Under the pieces are notes generated by a model. It was given only the letters and a program-made list of their open reading frames with translations, was not told the origin of the DNA and ran no database searches. Positions 34,156 to 42,804 of a stretch of 56,198 nucleotides of DNA are shown piece by piece (the stretch's first letter is position 1; each line of letters opens with the position of its first letter). The stretch is from positions 1 through 56,198 of the forward strand of contig JAVHRR010000006.1 in assembly GCA_036171775.1 (NCBI GenBank), given 5' to 3'. The position numbers and the translations under genes are program-made. Source of the DNA: Minisyncoccota bacterium (lineage in GTDB: Bacteria; Patescibacteriota; Minisyncoccia; Phycocordibacterales; GWA1-40-21).

Positions 34156-35445
34156 CTATTTATATTGGTTCACAAAATCCAAGATATCATTTTCTTTGAG
34201 ACTTAGTACTTTACCATCTTTTCTTAATTTAATTTCAAATTCTCCTTTCTCTATGCCTTTTTCACTAACGACAACTCTTACAGGTATTCCAATAAGATCA
34301 GAGTCGTTAAATTTCTCACCAGCACGTGAATCTCTGTCATCATATAACACCTCAACGCCCTCTTTGACAAGCGTCTCAAACAATTTCTCCGCAGTTTCTT
34401 TAACTTTTGTATTATTAGAAAGTAATTCAACAATGTGAACTTTGTATGGGGCTATTGATACTGGCCAAACAAGCCCTTTTTCATCTGAAAGAATTTCCAC
34501 GATTGTTCCCATCAATCTTCCGAGTCCGATGCCATAGCTTCCCATTATTACTAATTTTTGCTCTCCTTTTTCATTTTTGTACTTTAAATCAAAAGGTTCA
34601 GAGAATCTTGTTCCGAGTGAAAATATATTTCCTACCTCAATTGCCTTTTTCTCAACGAGTTTATCTTTTTTAAGATTTAGACTTTCCAAAATTTCATCGG
34701 TATATACTTCTTTGTTTACCGCAATTCCACTTTTTTCATCAAGATAAATCGTGTCTTCTCCAGCATTAGTTATGGCTTGAAATTCATGTGAAAATTTTGA
34801 GAATGATCCACCTGAAGCAAAAGTTAAATATGTCAAATCACCAATACCTGCTCTACTGAAGATATTTTTGTAAGCTATTTTTGTTTTTTCGTAAAACTCT
34901 TCATGTTCTTTTTCATCTTTTGAAAATGAATATAACGCCTTCCAATAAAATTCTCTTCCTCTTAATATTCCAGATTTGCTTCTTGCCTCATTTCTAAAAA
35001 TACTCTTGAAATCGTAAGGATAAAGTGGCAAATCGTTGTAAGAACTTACGTACTGTTTTAAAATATTTGAATACGCCTCTTCATTTGTAAAAGATAGTCC
35101 TACTTCTCCACCGTTTTTCAATTTGGTTTTAAACCAATTGTCTACAACAGCATCATCCCATCTGTTGGATTTCTCCCAAACTTCTTTGTTTTGCATGATA
35201 GATGTTTTCATTTCAATTCCGCCTATCATATTCATCTCATCACGAATTATATCTTCAATCTTTTTCATTACTCTCAAACCTAAAGGTAGGTACGAATATA
35301 CCCCAGCCATTTCTTTATTGATGAAGCCAGCACGAATAAGCAAATTGGCATTTTTTGAAACTTCATCCTTTGGTCCTTCTTTTCTGGTCTTGCTAAATAG
35401 CTTTGATTGTTTCATTCCATCTAAAAAATATTTGTTGTTTGACAT
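34156..35445 (-). CDS. proS: Prolyl-tRNA synthetase, short form lacking the INS editing insert
   Basis: 429 aa. SKNANLLIRAGFINKEMAGVYSYLPLGLRV matches the bacterial ProRS N-terminus. Class II core and anticodon domain are present; the length excludes the editing insertion. Confidence 0.85.
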   Translation of the reverse strand: MSNNKYFLDGMKQSKLFSKTRKEGPKDEVSKNANLLIRAGFINKEMAGVYSYLPLGLRVMKKIEDIIRDEMNMIGGIEMKTSIMQNKEVWEKSNRWDDAVVDNWFKTKLKNGGEVGLSFTNEEAYSNILKQYVSSYNDLPLYPYDFKSIFRNEARSKSGILRGREFYWKALYSFSKDEKEHEEFYEKTKIAYKNIFSRAGIGDLTYLTFASGGSFSKFSHEFQAITNAGEDTIYLDEKSGIAVNKEVYTDEILESLNLKKDKLVEKKAIEVGNIFSLGTRFSEPFDLKYKNEKGEQKLVIMGSYGIGLGRLMGTIVEILSDEKGLVWPVSIAPYKVHIVELLSNNTKVKETAEKLFETLVKEGVEVLYDDRDSRAGEKFNDSDLIGIPVRVVVSEKGIEKGEFEIKLRKDGKVLSLKENDILDFVNQYK

Positions 35446-35615
35446 ATATAAAAAAATAATTAATTTTAATTATTGCAACTTATCAATCCGAAACATCCTA
35501 TCCATTTATGGACTGTTTCAAACTGAATCATATGGCTTAAATATTACATTATTTTTGAATAGAACGAAACCTTGACCAACATTCAGTTTGTGTTCTTATT
35601 CTAATGTAAATACAA

Positions 35616-36710
35616 CTATTTAAACAACCTTAGAATATCTTTGTAGGTAATAAACAACATTAAAATAATAAGAAGTCCAAAGCCGATTAAGTTTAACCAA
35701 TTTGATATTGCTGGTTTTATCCTTCTTCTTATTATGACTTCGATGGCCACGAACAAGACTCTGCCACCATCAAGAGCGGGAAAAGGAACTAAGTTAAGCA
35801 TCGCTAAGTTTATAGAAATCATTGCAATAAAACCTAAAAGATACGACATACCCATACTACTTGCTTGTCCCACCATACCAGCAATGCCTATTGGACCTGT
35901 CACTTGAGAAAGTCCGCCACCTTGTCCACTGAAGGCTTTGCCAATAAAACCATAGATTCCCTTTGTTGTACTAACTGTTGCTATTGCTGTTAGCTTTGCT
36001 CCTTCATAAAATGATTGGAAAAAACCAAATTTAACTGTGCCAACCAAACTCATAGAAATACCAATAGCTTTTCTACCATCTACCACGCCGTCAGTTGCGA
36101 TTACGTTTATTGTACCTGTGGCACTCCCTCTGCCATATTCTATATTTATATTATTTTTACTCTCTGCAATAAGCGTCTGAATTTCAGTTGGTGTTGGTAA
36201 AACAATTCTTTGGCCATCAGCTTCTATTCCTAAAATATTATCTCCTTCTTTAATACCAGCTTTTTCACTTGGGGAATCTTTCATCACAGCCGTAACCATC
36301 ACTGAAATATTTTGTGCTTTATCTTTAAACTCTTCTTCTATGGATGTGACCAAACCCAAATTAAATGAAAGAGAGACAAGAATCCAAGCAAAAACCAAAT
36401 TCATAAAAATACCAGACAAAAGTACAACGGCCTGTTTCCATTTTGATGCGTTTACAAAACTTCGTGAGCTATCTGGACCATTCATGGATTCGTCATCGGG
36501 ATCTTCTCCAAATATTTTTACATATCCGCCGAGAGGAACGAGATTTAAACTATACTGTGTCTCACCTTTTTTCCATCCAAAAACTTTCGGCGGAAAGCCT
36601 ATAGCGAATTCGTCTACTCGTATACCAAAAAATTTAGCTGAAAGAAAATGCCCCAGCTCATGTACAAATATAAGAGTTGCGAGAATTAATAGAAAAAGGA
36701 CTGTTGTCAT
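35616..36710 (-). CDS. rseP: Site-2 (M50) intramembrane zinc metalloprotease RseP
   Basis: 364 aa with HELGHF, a PDZ domain and LDGG in a C-terminal TM segment. Confidence 0.9.
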   Translation of the reverse strand: MTTVLFLLILATLIFVHELGHFLSAKFFGIRVDEFAIGFPPKVFGWKKGETQYSLNLVPLGGYVKIFGEDPDDESMNGPDSSRSFVNASKWKQAVVLLSGIFMNLVFAWILVSLSFNLGLVTSIEEEFKDKAQNISVMVTAVMKDSPSEKAGIKEGDNILGIEADGQRIVLPTPTEIQTLIAESKNNINIEYGRGSATGTINVIATDGVVDGRKAIGISMSLVGTVKFGFFQSFYEGAKLTAIATVSTTKGIYGFIGKAFSGQGGGLSQVTGPIGIAGMVGQASSMGMSYLLGFIAMISINLAMLNLVPFPALDGGRVLFVAIEVIIRRRIKPAISNWLNLIGFGLLIILMLFITYKDILRLFK

Positions 36711-36715
36711 AATTA

Positions 36716-37360
36716 TTATTTCATTAGTAAATTATTAAAGTTATTATAATCTAAATCAAATGCGTATATCTCTTTAAATAATTTGTCAAAATCTTCCTTA
36801 CTGCGGATTTCTTTAGATTGTGCAATTAAATTCAACAACTTATCTTTTCCGTAATTTTCTACAAGCAATTTTACAGCTTCGCCAGCTTCTTTATAAACCC
36901 CACCTCCCCCACAAGCATAAAATTCAATAAAATCAGAAAACTTTTTAACTGGTTTATTTTCAGCTAGTTGTCCCGATAAATATATTGAAACGCCTTCAGT
37001 TAACCAAACTGGTCTGAAATTACTTTTTGAAATACTCATATAGAACAAGTGACAAATTTCATGTTTAACTAATCTAGAATATTCTTCATCCGAATATTTT
37101 TTATGAGAGCTCTCTTGCTCGATTTTTTCATTATCAAGTAAATATATATTTCTTAAATTTCCAGGTTTTCCAAAAGCAACCACAAAACTTTCTGTTTTAC
37201 AACCATAGAAAGCATCAATTTCTTTTCTATTACTCAAAACAACAACATTTGGGGTATCGTCTACCCAATTGATACCAAAAAAATCGTTAAAATCTAACAT
37301 TGCTTCTTTGTAGGCTTTTTCAACTAATTCATTTTTAACTTCGTTGATTTTGTAAATCAT
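36716..37360 (-). CDS. Hypothetical protein with HExxH metallopeptidase-like motif
   Basis: 214 aa. VKHEICHLF is the only motif recognised. Confidence 0.55.
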   Translation of the reverse strand: MIYKINEVKNELVEKAYKEAMLDFNDFFGINWVDDTPNVVVLSNRKEIDAFYGCKTESFVVAFGKPGNLRNIYLLDNEKIEQESSHKKYSDEEYSRLVKHEICHLFYMSISKSNFRPVWLTEGVSIYLSGQLAENKPVKKFSDFIEFYACGGGGVYKEAGEAVKLLVENYGKDKLLNLIAQSKEIRSKEDFDKLFKEIYAFDLDYNNFNNLLMK

Positions 37361-37401
37361 TGTTACTGTAGTTTAAGGTTTAATATGCTTAAAGTCAAAA
37401 C

Positions 37402-37436
37402 AAAAAGTGAGGCGACTTTCGGTCGCCTCACTTTTT
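37402..37436 (-). terminator. Intrinsic terminator after frr
   Basis: AAAAAGTGAGGCGAC-TTTCG-GTCGCCTCACTTTTT. Confidence 0.85.
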
Positions 37437-37439
37437 AGT

Positions 37440-37991
37440 TTATGAATTTACTTCTTTTTCTTTCTTAGCAAACAAAGTTTCTAGACCAATATTGGCATCG
37501 TCGATAATTTTTTGCATTTCTTTTTTGTATCTAAATTTATCGTCTTCACCCATTCCACCAGCCTTTTCTGCTTCTTCTATTTCTCCCCAAGTGTCATCTC
37601 TAAAACTTCTTACATTCACTTTTGCATCTTCAAGTTTGGCCTTTGCTGTTTTAACAAGGAGTGTTCTTCTGTCTGTAGTAAGTTCTGGAAAAAATATTCT
37701 GACTCCTTTGTCGTCTATCCCAACAGATACACCAAGATTAGCCACCGTAATAGCTTTCTCAATGGCTTTTGATTGTGTTTTATCCCATGGAGTTATTCTT
37801 ACAACTCTTGCATCTTCAATACCAATATTTGCCATTTGGTTGATTGGTAATCTTGAACCGTATACCTCAACATGAACGCTATCCAAAATAGTGGGGCTTG
37901 CTATACCGGTTCTCAACCCTGTGTATTCTTTCTTTAACCATTCTTCTACACCTTTTAGGTTTTCGTTCAATTTTTTAAAATCGTATGCCAT
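37440..37991 (-). CDS. frr: Ribosome recycling factor
   Basis: 183 aa with an RRF pattern (RTGIASPTILDSVHVEVYG..., LTTDRR). Confidence 0.95.
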   Translation of the reverse strand: MAYDFKKLNENLKGVEEWLKKEYTGLRTGIASPTILDSVHVEVYGSRLPINQMANIGIEDARVVRITPWDKTQSKAIEKAITVANLGVSVGIDDKGVRIFFPELTTDRRTLLVKTAKAKLEDAKVNVRSFRDDTWGEIEEAEKAGGMGEDDKFRYKKEMQKIIDDANIGLETLFAKKEKEVNS

Positions 37992-37997
37992 ATAATT

Positions 37998-38031
37998 AGT
38001 TTTAAAGTTAAAAGTAGAAAGTTATAAAGTG
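37998..38031 (-). promoter_or_regulatory. Conserved SD-less leader box (plus strand AGTTTTAAAGTTAAAAGTAGAAAGTTATAAAGTG) upstream of frr
   Basis: Starts 6 nt upstream of the start codon. Near-identical boxes precede mreB2 (40884-40918) and parB (55945-55981). Confidence 0.6.
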
Positions 38032-38280
38032 ATTTAATACCTCATAATATTATTAATATCATTCTTTCTGCTTACGTAGATTATAACTCAAAAATAAACA
38101 AAATAAAAGTCGAGGTTTAAGAACTAAAATTAGGCCTTTACATGTTAATTCTGCAAAAGTGGGAATTTATAAATTTCAGAGATGGGACTTCCTCATGCAT
38201 TTGAAGTCGTTCCTCAGAAATTTATTTAATTAATCTGGATTCGTCTGGCCGGGCACCTCACCTGCGCGAGAATGACGCAA

Positions 38281-38976
38281 TCAAAATACAGGTAGCGATA
38301 ATGAAATGTGTTCTAGAAGCATTTTTAAAGATGGCGACTGTTCTCCCGCATATTGCCTTATTTTTTCAACCTCTTCAAACATTTTTAATTCATCTTTGTT
38401 TGTTTTTAGAAAATTTACTTTCTTTTTAAGTTCGGTTTCTAAGGAATTGATAAATTTTATAATTTCAATTTTACTTTCTTCCTCATCTGAAATACTCGTA
38501 CAAATTTTTTTGACAATATTCATTCTCTTTCCTATTGGTGTTTGTAAAAATTCTTTTGAGTCAATAATGGAGACATCGCTTTTGCTCGTATCAATAATAA
38601 AAAGTCTTGATCTAAAAGTTGGAATAATGTTATTTAGTGATGGTAACACTAGAAAAAAGTGAGTGTCCCCTCTTGGCTCTTCAAATAATTTCAACATCGC
38701 ATTCTGTGCCTTTTCAGTTATAAAGTTGGCACTTACTACAAAAACTTTTTTGTCTCCTGCGGTTGGTTTGTTTTGATGCGAACTTTTAACAGCTCTGCTG
38801 TCGTATATATCCATAACATCAAATTCCCCATACCAAAAATCCGGATTGTTTATAATCGAAAATTTTAATTCTTTTAATAAGAATTTTTCAATATCATTCA
38901 CAACATCTAACGTGTTGCCCAAAATACAATATGCGTGATGAAGGTTATTATTTTTTATAGTTAAATTTAGTGACAT
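38281..38976 (-). CDS. holB: DNA polymerase III delta-prime subunit-like
   Basis: 231 aa. LHHAYCILGN has no P-loop, and AQNAMLKLFEEPRGDTHFFLV...IPTFRSRL matches the clamp-loader sensor region. Confidence 0.75.
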   Translation of the reverse strand: MSLNLTIKNNNLHHAYCILGNTLDVVNDIEKFLLKELKFSIINNPDFWYGEFDVMDIYDSRAVKSSHQNKPTAGDKKVFVVSANFITEKAQNAMLKLFEEPRGDTHFFLVLPSLNNIIPTFRSRLFIIDTSKSDVSIIDSKEFLQTPIGKRMNIVKKICTSISDEEESKIEIIKFINSLETELKKKVNFLKTNKDELKMFEEVEKIRQYAGEQSPSLKMLLEHISLSLPVF

Positions 38977-39009
38977 CAGTAATCATGATAACTGAAAATT
39001 GATAAATTA

Positions 39010-39040
39010 AAAAGCCCGGTGGTTACTACCGCCGGGCTCT
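39010..39040 (-). terminator. Intrinsic terminator
   Basis: AGCCCGGTGG-TTACTA-CCGCCGGGCT with a T-run on the minus strand. Confidence 0.7.
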
Positions 39041-39054
39041 AAAACATCGCATGT

Positions 39055-39267
39055 TTATTTATTATCAGTTGGATTTCTGAGCTTTGCTTCAATATACAGA
39101 ACCAAAAATATTGAGAAAGCAATTATTGGTAATGTGAAATACTGCAATGTTGGTGCGTCATGAACATCAAGTATAAAAACAAAACTAGCCAAAGCAATGC
39201 ACGCTATAAGAACAATGATGGCTGTTCTTATTAAAGCACATTTAAATGTCGAAAGAACTTTATTCAT
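39055..39267 (-). CDS. Small membrane protein (70 aa, 2 TM helices)
   Basis: ORF with two hydrophobic helices, followed by a terminator. Confidence 0.55.
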   Translation of the reverse strand: MNKVLSTFKCALIRTAIIVLIACIALASFVFILDVHDAPTLQYFTLPIIAFSIFLVLYIEAKLRNPTDNK

Positions 39268-39282
39268 GGATTCTCCTGCAGA

Positions 39283-39522
39283 TCAATATTTTTTAGATTT
39301 TCCAAGTGTGCCTCTGATTTCTATTTCGCTGTGTCTTCCAATTTTGCATACAAATCTCAAAAGTTCAAAACAAGAATCTCTATATGAAGGAAACTGGCGT
39401 TCCTTCTTAATAAGTTTTTTTGCTTCTATTTCAGCTTCTTTTTTGTTCGAAGCCTCAATCTCTTTGTTTACATTTACAATTCCACCAATTCTAAGCACTT
39501 TTCCTATTAAATGAAATTTCAT
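39283..39522 (-). CDS. Small hypothetical protein (79 aa)
   Basis: ORF 15 nt upstream of the 70-aa gene. No family recognised. Confidence 0.5.
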   Translation of the reverse strand: MKFHLIGKVLRIGGIVNVNKEIEASNKKEAEIEAKKLIKKERQFPSYRDSCFELLRFVCKIGRHSEIEIRGTLGKSKKY

Positions 39523-39592
39523 GTTTTACCTCCACAGAATATTTTCTGCGCTAACTATATGTTATTTTCATAATTTTAACAATAGGCAAATT

Positions 39593-39632
39593 AAAAGGGT
39601 TTTGGTCGGCACGTGCCCACCAAAACCCTTTT
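39593..39632 (-). terminator. Strong hairpin (14-bp stem plus palindromic GGCACGTGCC loop)
   Basis: AAAAGGGTTTTGGT-CGGCACGTGCCC-ACCAAAACCCTTTT. Confidence 0.6.
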
Positions 39633-39644
39633 CCGCACCCTTTC

Positions 39645-39731
39645 TTAAAAGAAGGGGTTTATACCGTGTAAAAAATGGTTTGTTGCTGTTCTCAGTTTCT
39701 TTATCATGATTATCCAACCCATTACGCTCAT
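39645..39731 (-). CDS. Candidate micro-ORF (28 aa)
   Basis: AGGAGG lies 8 nt upstream of the ATG. Product is MSVMGWIIMIKKLRTATNHFLHGINPFF, and the hairpin at 39593-39632 follows. Confidence 0.3.
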   Translation of the reverse strand: MSVMGWIIMIKKLRTATNHFLHGINPFF

Positions 39732-39834
39732 ACGATGTTCCTCCTAACAAGTGGTCTGCTTTGAATGCAGACTTACTACCCAACTTAAATATACATTAAA
39801 CTTGCCGATGTGTCTAGGTAATTACAATTCTATT

Positions 39835-39860
39835 AAAAAACCGCCTCTTTAGACGGTTTT
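39835..39860 (-). terminator. Intrinsic terminator after the second mreB
   Basis: The minus strand reads AAAACCGTCT-AAAG-AGGCGGTTTTTT immediately after the stop. Confidence 0.7.
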
Positions 39861-39862
39861 CT

Positions 39863-40876
39863 TTATCTCTTAGTTATAATTGACTTCTTATAGGTATCCA
39901 AATGTTCTAGTGCTGTTCCCGTTCCTTTCGCAACACAATAAAGCGGGTCTTTTGCGACAGCAGCCTTTACGCCGATTCTTCTAAATACAAGCTCTGCAAG
40001 ATTTCTTAGCTGTGAAGATCCACCGGTCATAATAATACCTGTATCAATAATATCCGCAGCAAGCTCTGGTGGAATATCCTGCAAAACATCTTTTATGGCT
40101 TTCACCATGTCTTTAAGTTCTTTCGATATCGCTTTGACTATTTCGTTTGTTTTTATTTCGGTTGAACGTGGAAGTCCTGTTAAAAAGTCTCTTCCTTTTA
40201 TAATAACAACAAGCTCTTCTTCAATTGGAACAGCGCTTCCTATCGTTATTTTTATTTGTTCAGCTGTTTTATCTCCAATGGCCAAGTTAAATGTTTTTTT
40301 AATATAATCTGCTATAGCCGCATCGATTTTGTTTCCTGCACATTTTACAGAAGTCGAAGCTACAATTCCTCCCAATGAAATAACGGCAACGTCTGTGGTT
40401 CCACCACCAATATCCACGATCATGTGACCGATTGGCTCATAAATAGGAATACCTGCGCCGATAGCTGCAAGAATAGGTTCCTTAACGACATAGGCGTTTT
40501 TTGCACCTGCACGAATAGCGGCTTCAACAACAGCTCTTCTTTCTGTGGAGGTAATACCGGCAGGAACAGATACCATTACTTCAGGTTTAAAAATATTCCA
40601 TTTGCCTAAAGCTTTGTCGATAAAATATCTAAGCATCGCCTCAGTAACACGGTAGTCTGCAATAACTCCATCTTTCATGGGTCTGTAAGCAATAATGCTG
40701 TCTGGAGTCTTTCCAATCATGTTTTTAGCCTCGAGTCCTACAGCAAGAATTTTATTATCTTGTTCTGAAATAGCAACAACTGATGGTTCAAAAAGAACAA
40801 CTCCCTTACCAGGAACAAATACCAATGTGTTTGCTGTTCCTAAATCTATTCCAAGTTTTCTAACGAAAAATGACAT
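39863..40876 (-). CDS. mreB: MreB-family actin homologue, second paralog
   Basis: 337 aa with LGIDLGTANTLVFV, DIGGGTTDVAV and MTGGSSQLRNL. Confidence 0.9.
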   Translation of the reverse strand: MSFFVRKLGIDLGTANTLVFVPGKGVVLFEPSVVAISEQDNKILAVGLEAKNMIGKTPDSIIAYRPMKDGVIADYRVTEAMLRYFIDKALGKWNIFKPEVMVSVPAGITSTERRAVVEAAIRAGAKNAYVVKEPILAAIGAGIPIYEPIGHMIVDIGGGTTDVAVISLGGIVASTSVKCAGNKIDAAIADYIKKTFNLAIGDKTAEQIKITIGSAVPIEEELVVIIKGRDFLTGLPRSTEIKTNEIVKAISKELKDMVKAIKDVLQDIPPELAADIIDTGIIMTGGSSQLRNLAELVFRRIGVKAAVAKDPLYCVAKGTGTALEHLDTYKKSIITKR

Positions 40877-40883
40877 ATGATTA

Positions 40884-40918
40884 AGTTTTAAAGTTGAAAG
40901 TTAAAAGTCTAAAGTAAA
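40884..40918 (-). promoter_or_regulatory. Conserved SD-less leader box upstream of the mreB paralog
   Basis: AGTTTTAAAGTTGAAAGTTAAAAGTCTAAAGTAAAT, starting 7 nt from the start codon. Confidence 0.6.
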
Positions 40919-41072
40919 TACAAAATTTAATAAAACACTTATTGTCATATACTAGCTTTTTTATAGTTAATTGCAAACGAACATACTTTTTCTAATTGGT
41001 TGCAAGTTTATTTGTTTTCTTTTGACTTTATGGGCTTTATAAACTTTTGACTATTATTTTTTATCGCTCATA

Positions 41073-41106
41073 TGCTATAATTAACCCGTTAAAGTTTTTG
41101 TTGACG
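41073..41106 (+). promoter_or_regulatory. Extended -10 promoter TGCTATAAT plus conserved box CCGTTAAAGTTTTT..TGACG
   Basis: TGnTATAAT is at 41073-41081. The 14-mer at 41086-41099 is identical to 43499-43512, upstream of priA. Confidence 0.55.
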
Positions 41107-41222
41107 TTATTGAAGATGCTTTTTTTCACAACCATATTCGTTTATTATAATTATGTCTAAATTTTGGTGATATAAGCTTATAAAACAATAACATCTTCAT
41201 CAACAAAAATTTTCTCGGGTAA

Positions 41223-42728
41223 ATGACAACTAAATTATCACAAATTGGAAATTTAATAACAGAATTAAGAATTAGAAAGGGCTTAACACAGACAACTTTT
41301 GCAGAGAGGCTTGGCACTACTCAAAGCGTAATAGCTCGTATAGAATCTGGTGAACAAAATCTTACTACTGAAATGATTTCAAAAATAAGCGAAACCTTAG
41401 GTACCGAGCTAGTGAGTGTTTCAAGAGGAATTATAAATTTTGAAATAGAGGGCGGACACAAACTTTCAGGAAATGTGATTACACAAACATCAAAAAATGG
41501 AGCGATGGGAATTATTCCTGCGTGTTTGATGAATAAAGAAAAAACTATTTTAAAAAACGTTCCCAAAATTGAAGAAGTTTATAGAATGATTGAAGTAATA
41601 GATAGTATAGGTGTATCAACAAAATGGGTTGGAAATGATTTAGAAATCGATGTGAAGAAAATTAATTTAAAAAATATAAACAAAAAATCCGCTGAAAAAA
41701 CAAGAAGTATAATAATGTTTATAGGGCCACTAATTCATTTGTTTAAAAAGTTTTCTCTTCCCCACTCTGGAGGCTGTAAACTTGGAAAAAGGACTGTAAC
41801 GCCTCATTTTTATGCACTTGAGAACTTTGGAATTGATATTATAACGAAAGATTCTAGTTACGAAATTTCAAGTAATAAATTAAAACCTTCAGAGTTTGCG
41901 CTTTACGAATCTGGAGATACTGTCACAGAAAATGCCATTATGGCCGCAGCTCTAATTCCTGGAGTTACAGTTATCAAATTTGCCTCCGCAAACTATCAAG
42001 TACAAGATCTTTGTTTTTTCTTACAAGAACTTGGTGTAAATATAGACGGTGTTGGTACTACTACTCTTACGATACATGGAGTAAAAGAGATAAACAAAAA
42101 TGTTACATATTATTTGGCTGAAGATCCAATTGATTCTATGTTTTTTGTTTCTGTTGCGGCAATCACCAAATCTAGTATCACTATTGAAAGATGCCCGATT
42201 GATTTTCTTGAAATAGAATTATTAAAACTTAAAAAAATGGGTTTCAAATATAGAATTTTGAAAAAATACAAAGCATTGAACAAAATGACTAACCTTATAG
42301 ACATCAAAACTTTTCCTTCTAAACTCATCGCTTTGCATGACAAAATAGAGTCACGACCATACCCAGGACTAAACATAGACAATCTTCCTTACTTCGCAAT
42401 AATAGCCACACAGGCAGAGGGTCAAACTTTAATTCATGATTGGGTGTATGAAAATCGTGCAATACATTATAAAGAATTGGATAAACTTGGAAGCGATACC
42501 ATCCTTGCAGATCCACACAGATTTTACGTGAATGGTATTACAAAACTTAAACCAGCCGAAATGATATGCCCTCCTGCGTTGAGGCCAGCTGCAATTATTC
42601 TGATAGGAATGCTAGGTGCTGAGGGTAAATCAGTTTTAAGAAATGTATATAATATTAGCAGGGGTTATGAAAACTTAGTAAAAAGACTTAGTTTGTTGGG
42701 AGCAAAAATAAAGATATTAAGAGATTAA
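41223..42728 (+). CDS. murA: XRE-type HTH domain fused to UDP-N-acetylglucosamine 1-carboxyvinyltransferase (MurA)
   Basis: 501 aa. Residues 1-65 are an XRE HTH (LRIRKGLTQTTFAERLGTTQSVIARIESGEQN). The rest aligns with MurA (SKNGAMGIIPACL, PHSGGCKLGKR with the catalytic Cys, ISRGYENLVKRLSLLGAKI). Confidence 0.85.
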   Translation: MTTKLSQIGNLITELRIRKGLTQTTFAERLGTTQSVIARIESGEQNLTTEMISKISETLGTELVSVSRGIINFEIEGGHKLSGNVITQTSKNGAMGIIPACLMNKEKTILKNVPKIEEVYRMIEVIDSIGVSTKWVGNDLEIDVKKINLKNINKKSAEKTRSIIMFIGPLIHLFKKFSLPHSGGCKLGKRTVTPHFYALENFGIDIITKDSSYEISSNKLKPSEFALYESGDTVTENAIMAAALIPGVTVIKFASANYQVQDLCFFLQELGVNIDGVGTTTLTIHGVKEINKNVTYYLAEDPIDSMFFVSVAAITKSSITIERCPIDFLEIELLKLKKMGFKYRILKKYKALNKMTNLIDIKTFPSKLIALHDKIESRPYPGLNIDNLPYFAIIATQAEGQTLIHDWVYENRAIHYKELDKLGSDTILADPHRFYVNGITKLKPAEMICPPALRPAAIILIGMLGAEGKSVLRNVYNISRGYENLVKRLSLLGAKIKILRD

Positions 42729-42753
42729 AACTTTGTTTCAATCTATTTAAAAT

Positions 42754-42796
42754 ACAAAAAACCACTTGGAAGCTTTGCTTCCAAGTGGTTTTTTGT
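42754..42796. terminator. Bidirectional intrinsic terminator
   Basis: ACAAAAAACCACTTGGAAGC-TTT-GCTTCCAAGTGGTTTTTTGT. Confidence 0.85.
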
Positions 42797-42804
42797 ATTA
42801 ATAA

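Noticed and set aside
38184-38194. GAGGAAGTCCC on the minus strand (and GAGAAGTCCCG at 21357), resembling the RNase P RNA P4 motif GAGGAAAGUCC.
   Set aside because: It is not an exact match, the flanking non-coding space (<300 nt) lacks the other conserved RNase P blocks, and there is no matching P4 3' strand.
38234-38243. TCTGGATTCG, resembling the conserved 5' end of tmRNA (UCUGGAUUCGAC).
   Set aside because: There is no GGGG acceptor start, no tag reading frame and no T-arm/CCA end downstream. A tmRNA-sized gene would have to overlap holB, which has a solid protein signature.
39568-39783. 71-aa minus-strand ORF in the spacer between the second mreB and the small-gene pair.
   Set aside because: It has no RBS, reads straight through the strong hairpin at 39593-39632, and its sequence does not look protein-like. 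The region is better explained by a micro-ORF or small RNA plus a terminator.
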